Shown here piece after piece: positions 41,318 to 52,932 of a stretch of 64,000 nt of DNA (the first letter of the stretch is position 1; the number at the start of each line of letters is the position of its first letter). The position numbers and the translations under genes were made by a program. Below the pieces are notes generated by a model. That model saw only the letters and a program-made list of their open reading frames with translations, was not told where the DNA came from and did not search any database. Source of the DNA: Ignavibacteriota bacterium. GTDB taxonomy: Bacteria; Bacteroidota; Ignavibacteria; UBA10030; UBA6906. The stretch covers positions 276,976 to 340,975 of the forward strand of contig CAVVIT010000002.1 in assembly GCA_963748405.1 (NCBI GenBank), in the 5' to 3' direction.

Positions 41318-43795
41318 ATGGCGAGGACATCCCTCACAATCCTGATACTGGCCTGCGCGCTCAGCGCGTCGATGCGCGCGGCTGACGCGTCCAAGGTTGT
41401 GAACGCCGTTCGCGTCGACTACCCTCCGGTGATCGACGGATGGGTCAACGACCCCCAGTGGCAGAAGGCCCCCCCCGTGCTTGATTTCACACAGTTCGAT
41501 CCCGAGGAAGGCGCGCTCCCCACGGAGGTCACCTCCGTCCGGCTCCTGTACGACGACCGGGCACTGTACGTCGGCGTCATCTGCTACGACGCGCACCCGG
41601 AGAAGATCGTCCGCCAGCTCACCCGCAGGGACCGCACCTCCGAGGCGGACCGTTTCAGCGTCATGATCGATTCCTACTACGACCGTCAGACCGCCTTCGT
41701 GTTCGTCGCGAACGTCTCGGGCGTCCAGAGCGACGGCGTCCTCTCGCAGGACGGGAACCTGTACGACCTCACGTGGGACGCGGTCTGGAACGTCCGCACG
41801 CGCGTCTTCCAGGACGGGTGGTCGGCGGAATTCGAGATCCCGTACAATGCGCTCCGGTTCGTTCAGCAGCCCGACGGGGTGTACCGCTGGGGGATCAACT
41901 TCAGGCGGTACATCAGCCGGAAGAAGGAGACCGACGAGTGGATTATGGTTCCGCGGAGCGAGACGCTGCAGATTTCAAAATGGGGGACCGTCGACGGCAT
42001 ACGGGGGATCGCCCCGCCGCTTCACGTCGACCTGCTCCCGTACGTTTCCGGAACCGCCCAGTACGAGACGGCCGACGACGCGCATCCGTGGACGAAATCG
42101 TACCGGGGACAGGCGGGGGTGGACATCAAGTACGGCGTGGCGCGCAACTTCACGCTCGATGCGACGGTGAACCCGGACTTCGGCCAGGTGGAGGTCGACC
42201 AGTCCGTGCTGAACCTGACGGTTTTCGAGACCCGTTTTCCGGAGAAGCGACCGTTCTTCGTCGAGGGGGCACAGATGTTCACGTTCGGCTCGAGCGTGGA
42301 CAACACCCCGCTCTCGCTCTTCTTCTCGCGCCGCATCGGGAAGCAGCCGACGGGGAGCCCGTACGTCACGCCGCCTCCCGGGGGTTCGGTGGACGACAAT
42401 CCGCAGGTCACGACGATCTACGGGGCCGCGAAAGTCACCGGGCGGACGAACGGCGGGTTCTCCATGGGCGCGATGACGGCGACGACCGGGGAGATGGACG
42501 CCGTGACGATCGATTCGACGGGGATGAAAACGCGCATCCTCACGGAGCCGCGCGGATCGTACAACGTCATGCGGGCCAAACAGGAATTCGATGGCGGGTC
42601 GTGGCTCGGCGGGATCGGGACGCTCGCCGTGCGGGACGGCATGCTTCCCGGGTACAGCGGGGGGCTCGACTGGAACGTTCACTTCGGGGGGAGCACGTAC
42701 ACGCTTGACGGGTACGTCGCCGGGGCGCACGCATCGACGGAGCGGGTTCTCACCGACGGGTCAACCGGCTCGGACGGCGAGGCGGGGCGCCTTCTCTTTT
42801 CGCGCATCGCGGCCGACCACTGGTTTTACACGGGGTCGTTCGATTTCTATTCCCGGTTTTTCAACTGCAACGACATCGGGTTCTTCGCCCAGCCGCACGA
42901 CTACGGCGACTACCTCCAGCTGATATACAGGGAAAATTTCGGGACGGGGATACTCCGCCGCTACGCCTTCTCGTTCGTTCCCGCGACGCGGTGGAACTGG
43001 GATCACGTGCTGACGACGTCCACCGCCGAGCTGACGTTTACGGGGGAATTCCTCAATTTCTGGCGGCCGACGTTCATCTACGACATCTTTCTCCCCGCCT
43101 ACGACGACGAGGAACGGGGGATCATCGGAACGTACAGGCGCCCGGAGGGGCATTCCGTGACCGCGCAGGTCCAGACCGATCCGCGTGCGAACGTGGTGGC
43201 GACGATGACGGGAATCTACGCGTTCAACGAAAAAGGAAAGTCGGCGTGGACGGGGTCGCTCGGTCTCGGCGTCCGGCCGGTCTCCTGGGTCGAGCTGAAC
43301 CCCACAGTCCTGTGGCTTCGTTCCCGGAAGGACGAGGCATGGGTCTACCCCGGCGGCAACGTGTCCGACGCTGCGGTGTCCCCCTCGCCGTTCAGCGTGT
43401 TTGCCGACAGGGACGTGGACGAGATGGACCTGGAGCTCCAGGGGACCGTCACGTTCACGAAGAACCTCTCCCTCCAGTTCTTCACGCAGATCCTCCTGGC
43501 GCGCGGGATCTACAGGAACTACAGGCGGTTCAACGGCGACACACCCGTTCCCTACGACTACCCATCGAACCCGGCCTTCGTCAGTGCGGATTTCAACGAG
43601 GCGATTCTCAACGCGAACGTGCTTTTGCGCTGGGAGTACATTCCCGGGAGCACGCTCTACCTGGTCTGGACGCAGGGGAGGTCCGGGGACAGCGGGGACT
43701 ACGGGATCGGGTTCGGTTCGAGATTCCGCGACACGTTTGCTCTTCCGCACGAGGACGTTCTCGTCCTGAAGGTCAGCTACTGGCTTCCGCTCTGA
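41318..43795 (+). CDS. secreted DUF5916 / CBM9-like domain protein
   Basis: 825 aa. Signal peptide; N-terminal carbohydrate-binding-family-9-like region (DGWVNDPQWQKAPPV...), large beta-rich C-terminal domain. Confidence 0.7.
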   Translation: MARTSLTILILACALSASMRAADASKVVNAVRVDYPPVIDGWVNDPQWQKAPPVLDFTQFDPEEGALPTEVTSVRLLYDDRALYVGVICYDAHPEKIVRQLTRRDRTSEADRFSVMIDSYYDRQTAFVFVANVSGVQSDGVLSQDGNLYDLTWDAVWNVRTRVFQDGWSAEFEIPYNALRFVQQPDGVYRWGINFRRYISRKKETDEWIMVPRSETLQISKWGTVDGIRGIAPPLHVDLLPYVSGTAQYETADDAHPWTKSYRGQAGVDIKYGVARNFTLDATVNPDFGQVEVDQSVLNLTVFETRFPEKRPFFVEGAQMFTFGSSVDNTPLSLFFSRRIGKQPTGSPYVTPPPGGSVDDNPQVTTIYGAAKVTGRTNGGFSMGAMTATTGEMDAVTIDSTGMKTRILTEPRGSYNVMRAKQEFDGGSWLGGIGTLAVRDGMLPGYSGGLDWNVHFGGSTYTLDGYVAGAHASTERVLTDGSTGSDGEAGRLLFSRIAADHWFYTGSFDFYSRFFNCNDIGFFAQPHDYGDYLQLIYRENFGTGILRRYAFSFVPATRWNWDHVLTTSTAELTFTGEFLNFWRPTFIYDIFLPAYDDEERGIIGTYRRPEGHSVTAQVQTDPRANVVATMTGIYAFNEKGKSAWTGSLGLGVRPVSWVELNPTVLWLRSRKDEAWVYPGGNVSDAAVSPSPFSVFADRDVDEMDLELQGTVTFTKNLSLQFFTQILLARGIYRNYRRFNGDTPVPYDYPSNPAFVSADFNEAILNANVLLRWEYIPGSTLYLVWTQGRSGDSGDYGIGFGSRFRDTFALPHEDVLVLKVSYWLPL

Positions 43796-44703
43796 GAGGC
43801 GAGGTGGCGCACGAAGAAGCCGAGGACGCGCCGCCGGTACTCTTCCCCCCCCACGTCCGCCATGTCGTTGTGCTTCGCGCCGGCGATGAGCCAGAGCTCC
43901 TTCGGCTCGTTCGCGCGGGCGAACACCATCTCCGAGTAGCGCGATTTGATGAGCGTGTCGGCGGTCCCGTGCATGATGAAGATCGGTACGTGCACCTGGC
44001 CGACCGCTTCGAGCGGTGAGACGGCGTTGGCCTTGAAGTGCGCGAGGTGCTCGGACCGCTTGATGACGATGTTCCGCAGGTAGTGCCAGGGGAGCTTGAT
44101 CATCCGCCTCTGGTAATCGTCGAATATCGTCCTGAGCGTGGCGAACCCGCTCTCCGCGACGAGCGCCACCACGCGCTCGTCGATGGAGGCGACCTGTATG
44201 GCCACCGCCGCCCCCATCGACGTGCCGAACAGGCCGATCCTTCCGGCCCGGAGATCGGCGCGTCCCGCCACGTAGCTGATGACCGCGCGTGCGTCGTGTT
44301 TCTCGTAGAAGCCGTACGTGCAGTACGTTCCCCCGCTGTCCCCGTGGCGCCGCGAGTCGTACAGGAACACGTTGTACCCGAGCGCGTGAAGATCGCGCGC
44401 CATGGGGAGCCCCACGATCTTGCATTCGCTGACCCCGTGGAGGTAGATGACCGTTCCTTTCGGCTCCCCCGGGGCGGGGACGAGCCAGCAGGAAAGGGCG
44501 ATCCCCTCGGGGGTCTTGAGCGTGACGTCCTCGTACGGCAGGCCGGCGTCGGAGGGGTGCAGGATGTTCGTGTGTTTCCGGTAATACTCGATCGTCCTCC
44601 TGTAGGGCTGCAGGAGCATCCCGGGGCCGATGACGAAAAGGACGGCGGAGACGAACGTGATGGCAATGATGACCCAGACGATGGCGACGAAAAGAATCGT
44701 CAT
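43777..44703 (-). CDS. alpha/beta hydrolase (membrane-anchored)
   Basis: 309 aa from ATG 44703. N-terminal transmembrane segment; nucleophile elbow GTSMGA; His near the C-terminus. The ORF is open upstream, but that part looks non-coding. Confidence 0.75.
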   Translation of the reverse strand: MTILFVAIVWVIIAITFVSAVLFVIGPGMLLQPYRRTIEYYRKHTNILHPSDAGLPYEDVTLKTPEGIALSCWLVPAPGEPKGTVIYLHGVSECKIVGLPMARDLHALGYNVFLYDSRRHGDSGGTYCTYGFYEKHDARAVISYVAGRADLRAGRIGLFGTSMGAAVAIQVASIDERVVALVAESGFATLRTIFDDYQRRMIKLPWHYLRNIVIKRSEHLAHFKANAVSPLEAVGQVHVPIFIMHGTADTLIKSRYSEMVFARANEPKELWLIAGAKHNDMADVGGEEYRRRVLGFFVRHLASQSGSQ

Positions 44704-44814
44704 GACGCGGGCGCGATGTTGCGGAGGAAAACCATGCCCCAATATAAAGAGCCGGGGGGCGTGAATCAACGTGTGCGTTGCTTCTCCCGCACGATCTGGG
44801 TATATTGCGTGCGC

Positions 44815-45966
44815 ATGAGTCCAGAGGAGCGACAGATACGCCGGGTCGCCATCGTCCACGAGTGGTTCACAGGGATGAGGGGAGGCGAGAAATGTGTGGA
44901 GGCCCTGTGCGAAGTGTTCCCGGAGGCGGACCTTTACGCACTGCTCCACGTTCCCGGGACCGTTTCCCCCGCGATCGAGAAGCGGATCCGGGGGACCTCG
45001 TTCGTGCAGCACCTTCCCGCTTCCGCAACGCAGTACCGCAGGTATCTTCCCCTTTTTCCGCTCGCCGTCCGGCAATTCGATCTGCGCGGCTACGACATCG
45101 TCATCAGCTCCAACCACTGCGTGGCCAAAGGGGCACGTGTTCCCCGGGGCGCCCTCCACATCTGTTACTGCTACACCCCGATGCGGTACATCTGGAGTCA
45201 GTACGAGGAGTACTTTGGCAGGGGGAGAGCGGGACTTCTCACCCGTACGGCGATGCGGCTCTTCGTCGGCCCGCTGAGACGATGGGACATTGCCACCGCC
45301 GCGCACCCGCGCCATTTCGTGGCGATAAGCGAAAATGTCCGTTCGCGGATACGGGAGATCTACCGGAGAGAAGCGGACATGATCTATCCGCCGGTGGACA
45401 CATCGCTGTTTACCCTCTCGGAGAAGGACGACGGCTATTACCTGATCGTGAGCGCGCTTGTCCCGTACAAGGCCCTCGACGTCGCGATCGAGGCGTTCAA
45501 CCGGTCGGGAGACCGGCTGGTGATCGTGGGGGAAGGTCCGGACGGAGCGCGCCTGAAGAAGCTCGCCGGGCCGCGCGTCACGTTCGAAGGATGGCAGCCG
45601 GACAGCCGGCTCAGGGAGTACTACGCGGGGTGCCGGGCCGTGATATTCCCGGGCGAGGAAGATTTCGGCATCGTTCCCGTGGAGGCGATGGCCACGGGAA
45701 AGCCGGTCCTGGCGCTCTCACGCGGAGGAGCCCTCGAGACCGTGATCGACCGCCCGGGGCTCAGGACGGGCGTCCTGTTCCCGGAGCTGACCGTCGAGTC
45801 GCTTCTTGAGGGTCTTGCCGCCCTGAAAAATGCGGAATTCGACCGCCACCGGATCCGGGCCCACGCGCTCACGTTCGACAGGGAGATCTACAAGAGCCGC
45901 ATGCGCGAATACTGCTCCGCGAAGTGGGGCGAGTTCCTCCGGGAATCCCCACAAGTGCATGATTGA
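44815..45966 (+). CDS. glycosyltransferase family 4 (GT-B, group 1)
   Basis: C-terminal EDFGIVPVEAMATGKPVLA motif. Start ATG 44815 (MSPEERQIRRVAIVHEWF). Confidence 0.8.
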   Translation: MSPEERQIRRVAIVHEWFTGMRGGEKCVEALCEVFPEADLYALLHVPGTVSPAIEKRIRGTSFVQHLPASATQYRRYLPLFPLAVRQFDLRGYDIVISSNHCVAKGARVPRGALHICYCYTPMRYIWSQYEEYFGRGRAGLLTRTAMRLFVGPLRRWDIATAAHPRHFVAISENVRSRIREIYRREADMIYPPVDTSLFTLSEKDDGYYLIVSALVPYKALDVAIEAFNRSGDRLVIVGEGPDGARLKKLAGPRVTFEGWQPDSRLREYYAGCRAVIFPGEEDFGIVPVEAMATGKPVLALSRGGALETVIDRPGLRTGVLFPELTVESLLEGLAALKNAEFDRHRIRAHALTFDREIYKSRMREYCSAKWGEFLRESPQVHD

Positions 45967-45989
45967 AAATGCGTTACATCCGCAATTCG

Positions 45990-46018
45990 TTGACATTTCG
46001 ACGATATTTGCGTATACT
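45990..46018 (+). promoter_or_regulatory. consensus sigma70 promoter TTGACA-17-TATACT
   Basis: TTGACA at 45990-45995, exactly 17 nt, TATACT at 46013-46018; 27 nt upstream of the M23 peptidase ATG. Confidence 0.6.
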
Positions 46019-46045
46019 TTAGGTCCTAATCTCTTAAGGTAGGGT

Positions 46046-46963
46046 ATGCCCCAGGAGGGAACCCGCCGCCGGAAGTCGCCGGGTCTGTACAACGTCATCG
46101 TCGTGCCCGTCGAGGAAGGGGGAAAGACGCGGACGTTCAGGACGAGCCGCCTGACGCTGGCGGCGCTCGTCTTCCTCGGAGTCTGTGCCACCGTCGCGCT
46201 CACGCTGGCCGTTCTTGTGTACACGCCCGTCGCCCTGTATGTGCCCATCCCGAATCCGGGGCTTGAACAGAAATACGGCAGGCAGATCCTTGAAATGCAG
46301 CAGCGCCTGAATACGCTTGCCGAGCAGGTCGTTCTCGTCCGGGATTACAATTCGCAGGTACGCAAGGCGCTCGGCGAAGACGTCCCGCGCGACACGTCCG
46401 CCGCCCGCAATCTGCCGAAACAGAAGCCATCCGACGCCGGGGAGTCGCCGATCCCTCCGCGCGGACTGAGGCACGCCGAGAAAATGGAGCCCGCCGGGGG
46501 CGCCGAAGAAGTCATGGACGACGAATCGAACCCGGCATCGTACGCCTCGGTCGTCACCGTCACGGGACCCCCGAGGACGGCGTTTCCCCTGCTTACCCCG
46601 GTGGAGGGGTTTGTCACGCAGGGGTTTGATCCTTCCCGGAATCACTTCGGGATCGACATCGCGGCCCAGCGCGGGACGCCCGTGTACGCGCCGGGGGACG
46701 GCGTGGTGGTCTTCGCGGGGTTCACGTACGAAGACGGAAACATGCTCATCATCGCGCACGGAGGGGGGTATCTGACGGTCTACAAGCACAATCAGACGCT
46801 CCTGAAGAACACGCTGAACGCGGTGAAGCGGGGGGAGCCGATCGCGCTCCTTGGTTCCACGGGAAAGACAAGCGCCGGCCACCATCTGCATTTCGAAGTA
46901 TGGCGCGACGGCGCGCCGCAGGACCCGAACGACTTTCTGCTCGTTCCGGCCCGGTCGCAGTGA
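46046..46963 (+). CDS. M23 family metallopeptidase (LytM-like), N-terminal membrane anchor
   Basis: HxxxD (HFGIDIA) and HLHFEV motifs of M23. Transmembrane segment near the N-terminus. Confidence 0.85.
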   Translation: MPQEGTRRRKSPGLYNVIVVPVEEGGKTRTFRTSRLTLAALVFLGVCATVALTLAVLVYTPVALYVPIPNPGLEQKYGRQILEMQQRLNTLAEQVVLVRDYNSQVRKALGEDVPRDTSAARNLPKQKPSDAGESPIPPRGLRHAEKMEPAGGAEEVMDDESNPASYASVVTVTGPPRTAFPLLTPVEGFVTQGFDPSRNHFGIDIAAQRGTPVYAPGDGVVVFAGFTYEDGNMLIIAHGGGYLTVYKHNQTLLKNTLNAVKRGEPIALLGSTGKTSAGHHLHFEVWRDGAPQDPNDFLLVPARSQ

Positions 46964-46992
46964 CATTCTCCTCAAGAAGCGCAGGGAGACAC

Positions 46993-47364
46993 ATGGCAGA
47001 CAAGAATCAGGCGACGGGAACATTCAGCGTGATCGGCAGCAACACGGTGATCACGGGAAACATCCGGACGGAAGGGAGCATCCGCGTCGACGGCAGGATC
47101 GTCGGGAACGTCGTGACGCAGGCGGATGCGGCCATCGGGAGCAACGGCGTCATCGAGGGGTCGGTCGATGCGCGGAACATCACCGTCGCGGGGAAAGTGA
47201 TGGGGACGCTCACCGCCGCCCAGAAGCTCGTGCTGGAGGGAAAGTCGGTCATGAAGGGGGATATCAGAACCGCGCGGCTCGTCGTTGACGAAGGGGCGGT
47301 GTTCGACGGCAGGAGCTCGATGACCGGAACGCCGGTGGCCGCTCCCCCGCGCGAATCGCGCTAG
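46993..47364 (+). CDS. bactofilin (polymer-forming cytoskeletal protein)
   Basis: 123 aa, repeated beta-helical G.I.G...V.G pattern. ATG 46993 (MADKNQ) with GGGAGA upstream. Confidence 0.8.
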   Translation: MADKNQATGTFSVIGSNTVITGNIRTEGSIRVDGRIVGNVVTQADAAIGSNGVIEGSVDARNITVAGKVMGTLTAAQKLVLEGKSVMKGDIRTARLVVDEGAVFDGRSSMTGTPVAAPPRESR

Positions 47365-47366
47365 CG

Positions 47367-47633
47367 GTGACCGGGCCGCCGGAAGAAGGACCGCGTCCCG
47401 GGGCCGCGTACGGCCCGTACCTGACGCTCGGGCTGCAGCTTGCGATCACCGTCGTCGCGTTCTTCTTCCTCGGCAGGTGGCTTGACGACAAATTCGGCAC
47501 GGCGCCCTGGCTGATGCTCGCCGGGCTTGCCGTGGGGGTCGCGGGGGGACTGACGGCCTTCCTTATCAAAGCGTTCGCTCTGGGGAAGGAAGAAGACCGG
47601 GAGATGAAGGAACAGAAAAAGGACCGCGAGTGA
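47367..47633 (+). CDS. AtpZ/AtpI-family small membrane protein (F0F1 ATP synthase accessory)
   Basis: 88 aa, two transmembrane helices, immediately precedes the atp genes; GTG start. Confidence 0.65.
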   Translation: MTGPPEEGPRPGAAYGPYLTLGLQLAITVVAFFFLGRWLDDKFGTAPWLMLAGLAVGVAGGLTAFLIKAFALGKEEDREMKEQKKDRE

Positions 47634-48022
47634 CGCTCAGAGGGAATTTCCCCGCACAGGTAGCGCTCGTCATCGTGTGCGCGTTCCTTGTTCTCGCGTA
47701 TCCGCTCGCGGCGTTTGCCTCCGGGGAAGTGCGCATGGCGGTGGCCGCCGGGGCGGCCCTGAGCACGGTGAACGTCATGCTCGGGTACCTGGCGATCAGG
47801 TATTCGTTCGACAGGTCGTACACGACGTTCCTGAAGGCCGTCCTCGGGGGAATGGGGATCCGGCTGCTCCTGATGCTCGGCGCGTTCACCGCGCTCATCA
47901 TGTGGTTCGGCATGCACCCGGTTGCGCTCACGGTGTCGCTGCTCTGCTTCTACGGGGTGTTCATGGTGCTGGAGATCGTGTTCATACAGCAACGAATGAC
48001 AATCAAGAATCGGGGTGCATGA
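47630..48022 (+). CDS. hypothetical membrane protein in the atp operon (possible ATP synthase protein I)
   Basis: 130 aa, 4 predicted transmembrane helices; overlaps its neighbours by 4 and 8 bp. Confidence 0.6.
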   Translation: MTLRGNFPAQVALVIVCAFLVLAYPLAAFASGEVRMAVAAGAALSTVNVMLGYLAIRYSFDRSYTTFLKAVLGGMGIRLLLMLGAFTALIMWFGMHPVALTVSLLCFYGVFMVLEIVFIQQRMTIKNRGA

Positions 48023-48962
48023 GGACGTGATCATTCCTCCCATAGGGATTCCGGCGGACACCGCACAGGCGGCGGCCGACACGCTCCGTGCCGCCGCGCA
48101 GGGGGGCGGAGAAAAGGGGCCGGTGGATTTCACGGAACTGCTCCACCATGTGCAGGACGCCCGGGTGCTCGACACGCCGTTCGGCCGGGTGGACCTTCCC
48201 CAGTTTCCCCCGCTGCACGTCGCGGGCATGGCGATCGACATGTCGGTCACCAAGCACGTGGTCTTTCTCTGGATCGCGGCGCTCCTGCTCTGCATCGTTG
48301 CCATCGCGGTGGCACGGAAGAACGCGCGCCGTCCGGTTCCCACCGGGTTCGGCAACCTCTTCGAGATGATCGTGGTGTTCCTCCGTGACGAGGTGGCGAT
48401 CCCCAACATGGGGATCGCGGGACTGAAGTACATGCCGTATCTCCTGACGACCTTCTTCTTCATCCTCGTGATGAACCTCCTCGGCCTCATCCCCTGGGGG
48501 GCGTCCGCCACGGGGAACATCAACGTCACGGCGGGTCTTGCCGTGATCGCCTTCGTGGTGATCCAGGCGTCCGCCATTCGCGCACAGGGATTCGGGCATT
48601 ATCTGGCGCACCTGACCGGGGGAGTGCACTGGGCGCTCTGGCCGATCATGATCCCGATCGAAATCCTGGGACTCTTCACGAAGCCGTTCGCGCTCTGCAT
48701 GCGTCTGTTTGCCAACATGCTCGGTGGGCACATCGTCATCGTCTCCCTTCTCGGACTGATCTTCGTCTTCGGATCGTATTTTATCGCCATCGGACCCGTG
48801 GCGTTCGTCGTCGGCATCAATTTTCTCGAGCTCTTCGTCGCGTTCCTGCAGGCGTACATTTTCGTCATGCTGACCTCCCTCTTCATGGGGCTGGGCATGC
48901 AGGCCGGGGAGTCGGGACACGGGGCTCACGCACACGAAGGGCCTGTCGATCATTCATCATAA
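48015..48962 (+). CDS. atpB: F0F1 ATP synthase subunit a
   Basis: Conserved Arg-containing helix (LCMRLFANMLGGH) and multiple transmembrane segments. Confidence 0.9.
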   Translation: MHEDVIIPPIGIPADTAQAAADTLRAAAQGGGEKGPVDFTELLHHVQDARVLDTPFGRVDLPQFPPLHVAGMAIDMSVTKHVVFLWIAALLLCIVAIAVARKNARRPVPTGFGNLFEMIVVFLRDEVAIPNMGIAGLKYMPYLLTTFFFILVMNLLGLIPWGASATGNINVTAGLAVIAFVVIQASAIRAQGFGHYLAHLTGGVHWALWPIMIPIEILGLFTKPFALCMRLFANMLGGHIVIVSLLGLIFVFGSYFIAIGPVAFVVGINFLELFVAFLQAYIFVMLTSLFMGLGMQAGESGHGAHAHEGPVDHSS

Positions 48963-48998
48963 CATCACCATCCATCCTCTTCACGAAGGAGAAACACC

Positions 48999-49226
48999 AT
49001 GGATCCCAAAGCACTCGGCTATCTTGCAGCAGGCATCGGCGCGGCGATCACGGTCATCGGCGCGGGACTCGGTATCGGTAAGCTCGCGGCGGCGGCGATG
49101 GAAGCAAGCGGCCGCCAGCCTGAAGTTGCCGGGCAGGTCCGCACGTCGATGATCATCGCTGCGGCGCTCATCGAAGGCGCCACGTTCTTTGCTCTCGCCA
49201 TCTGTATCATCCTGGCATTCAAGTAA
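48999..49226 (+). CDS. atpE: F0F1 ATP synthase subunit c
   Basis: 75-aa hairpin proteolipid with the conserved carboxylate (AALIEGATFFAL). Confidence 0.9.
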   Translation: MDPKALGYLAAGIGAAITVIGAGLGIGKLAAAAMEASGRQPEVAGQVRTSMIIAAALIEGATFFALAICIILAFK

Positions 49227-49246
49227 TATCCCTTAACGAGGCCGGC

Positions 49247-49741
49247 ATGCTGGAGATCAATTCAGGTCTGATCCTCTGGACCATACTCACGTTTGTCATC
49301 GTCCTTGTCATCCTCCGCTCGGCGGCGTGGAAGCCGCTGCTCGGCGCCCTTGCCGCGCGGGAAGAATCGATCCGTGCCTCGCTGCGCGAAGCGGAAGACG
49401 CCCGCGCACAGGCCGCCCGGCTCCTTGAAGAAAACAGGCGTCAGCTTGCGCAGGTGGAGGAACAGTCCCAGCGCATCATCAGGGAAGGGCGCGACATGGG
49501 GGAGCGGCTGAAGGCCGAGCTCCTGGAAAAGGCGAACACCTCTTCGCTCCGCATGATCGAGCAGGCGAAGCAGGAGATCTCCCGGGAGAAAGATGCGGCC
49601 CTCACGCAGCTCCGTGCGGAGGCGACCGATCTTGTTATCGCCGCGGCCGGGAAGATCCTCGACGCGAACCTCGATACCCCGAAGCAGCGGCAGCTTGCGG
49701 ACGCCGCGATCAGGGAAATTGCGGGAGCGCCCGGGCGATGA
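49247..49741 (+). CDS. atpF: F0F1 ATP synthase subunit b
   Basis: Single N-terminal transmembrane helix plus long charged helix. Confidence 0.85.
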   Translation: MLEINSGLILWTILTFVIVLVILRSAAWKPLLGALAAREESIRASLREAEDARAQAARLLEENRRQLAQVEEQSQRIIREGRDMGERLKAELLEKANTSSLRMIEQAKQEISREKDAALTQLRAEATDLVIAAAGKILDANLDTPKQRQLADAAIREIAGAPGR

Positions 49742-50292
49742 AAAACATGCGCGTCGCGCGCCGGTACGCCGGTGCGCTCATGGAAGCGGTCGAGGAAGGA
49801 GGGCGCATCGAGCCGACGGCGGCCGACCTCGAGGTCGTGGCCGCCGCCCTGCGCGGATCCCGCGACCTGTGGCTCCTGGCGCAGAGCCCGGTCGTCTCCC
49901 CCGCGAAGAAAGCGGCCGTCTTCCGGGCGATCTTCGCTTCCCGCGTGGGGAAGCTGACGATGGACTTCATCGACCTGGTGATCGCCAAGCAGCGCGAGCA
50001 GCACCTCCTGGAGATCGTGGAGCAGTTCGGCCAGCTGAGGGACGAGAAGATGGGGATCGTGAGCGTCGACGTCACGTCCGCCGTGGAGCTCACGGCCCCG
50101 CAGAACAGCGCCCTGGCCGGCGAGCTGGAACGGTATACGAAGAAGAAGGTCCGCGTCCGCGTCACCGTGGACAAAGCGATCAGGGCCGGCCTCGTCGTGC
50201 GCGTCGGCGACACGGTGCTCGACGCAAGCATGCGCCGGCAGCTCGAGCTCCTCAGGGCCAGGCTGCTCGAAGGCGGGCTCGCACAAAATTGA
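49738..50292 (+). CDS. atpH: F0F1 ATP synthase subunit delta (OSCP)
   Basis: VARRYAGAL N-terminus, 184 aa. Confidence 0.85.
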   Translation: MKNMRVARRYAGALMEAVEEGGRIEPTAADLEVVAAALRGSRDLWLLAQSPVVSPAKKAAVFRAIFASRVGKLTMDFIDLVIAKQREQHLLEIVEQFGQLRDEKMGIVSVDVTSAVELTAPQNSALAGELERYTKKKVRVRVTVDKAIRAGLVVRVGDTVLDASMRRQLELLRARLLEGGLAQN

Positions 50293-50320
50293 AGTGAACT
50301 GAACACACGAGGATTGCACA

Positions 50321-51877
<1,557 letters not shown>

Positions 51878-51878
51878 G

Positions 51879-52742
51879 ATGCCGACACTCCGAGAAGTCC
51901 GGAGCCGCATCGGCGGCGTGCAGAAGACGCAGAAGATCACCCGCGCGATGAAGATGGTCGCCGCGGCGAAGCTCCGGCGGGCGCAGATGCGCATCGTCGC
52001 CGCGCGCCCGTACGCGCGGAAGATGAAGGAGATGCTCGGGCTGATCTCCCGGGTTCCGGAGCTCCAGAGCGCCGAACTGATTGCGCCCCGCGAAGTGAAG
52101 AACCTTGCCGTCGTCGTCGTCACGTCCGACCGGGGGTTCTGCGGCGCCTTCAACGCGAACCTGTTCAGGGCCGTGCAGGCGCACTTCGACGCCCAGCCGC
52201 CCGGCGTGCACGTCAGCCTCCTGTGCATCGGGAAGAAAGGGGTCGACTATTTCGGAAAGAGGGGATACAACGTGACGGGCCGGCACGCGGGGATCTACGG
52301 GACCCTGACGTTCTCCTGGGCCCAGTCGTTCGCCGGCGATCTCATTGCGCGGTACATGAAGGGGGAGATCGACCGCGTGGACGTCGTGTACAACGAATTC
52401 AAGTCGATCGCCCAGCAGCGGATCTGCGTCGAGCAATTCCTTCCCATACCCACCCCGCCGCAGGCGGAGCAGAAGGTTCCGGACTACATTTATGAGCCGG
52501 ACCTGGTCGGCATACTCCTCACGCTCCTCCCCCGGCACCTCAATTTTCAGATATGGCGAATCCTGCTCGAATCGACCACTGCCGAGGAGGGGGCGCGCAT
52601 GGCCGCGATGGAGAACGCCACCGAAAACGCCCGCGAAATGATCGCCACGCTTCAGCTGCAGTACAATAAGGCACGCCAGGCCGCCATTACCAAGGAGCTT
52701 CTTGAGGTCGTTTCCGGGGCCGAAGCCCTCAGAAGCGCCTGA
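51879..52742 (+). CDS. atpG: F0F1 ATP synthase subunit gamma
   Basis: 287 aa. Conserved N- and C-terminal helices (ITKELLEVVSGAEAL). Confidence 0.9.
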   Translation: MPTLREVRSRIGGVQKTQKITRAMKMVAAAKLRRAQMRIVAARPYARKMKEMLGLISRVPELQSAELIAPREVKNLAVVVVTSDRGFCGAFNANLFRAVQAHFDAQPPGVHVSLLCIGKKGVDYFGKRGYNVTGRHAGIYGTLTFSWAQSFAGDLIARYMKGEIDRVDVVYNEFKSIAQQRICVEQFLPIPTPPQAEQKVPDYIYEPDLVGILLTLLPRHLNFQIWRILLESTTAEEGARMAAMENATENAREMIATLQLQYNKARQAAITKELLEVVSGAEALRSA

Positions 52743-52772
52743 CCGCGTCATAATCTCTTGCCGCAGAGGAGA

Positions 52773-52807
52773 GCCGCCGGAAGGAGCTTCCGGCGGCCTT
52801 TGTTTTT
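52773..52807 (+). terminator. rho-independent terminator after atpG
   Basis: GCCGCCGGAAG-GAG-CTTCCGGCGGC, an 11-bp perfect stem, followed by CTTTGTTTTT. Confidence 0.65.
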
Positions 52808-52932
52808 CAACGGGAGGTGTGCCCGAATTCAGCAGTCGGGGAACCTTGCTTCCCAATCGGGCATTCCGTACCTTAAAGGTCCGCCGCTGAAACCGGGGTG
52901 TCTCTAAGCCCTGCCAATGGATGGAGTTAGCG

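Noticed and set aside
52808-52932. Possible small RNA (e.g. ffs/4.5S RNA) in the 180-nt atpG-ffh gap
   Set aside because: The region contains the atpG terminator and a plausible ffh leader. It has no 4.5S RNA domain-IV motif (GGAA...tetraloop helix). Not supported.
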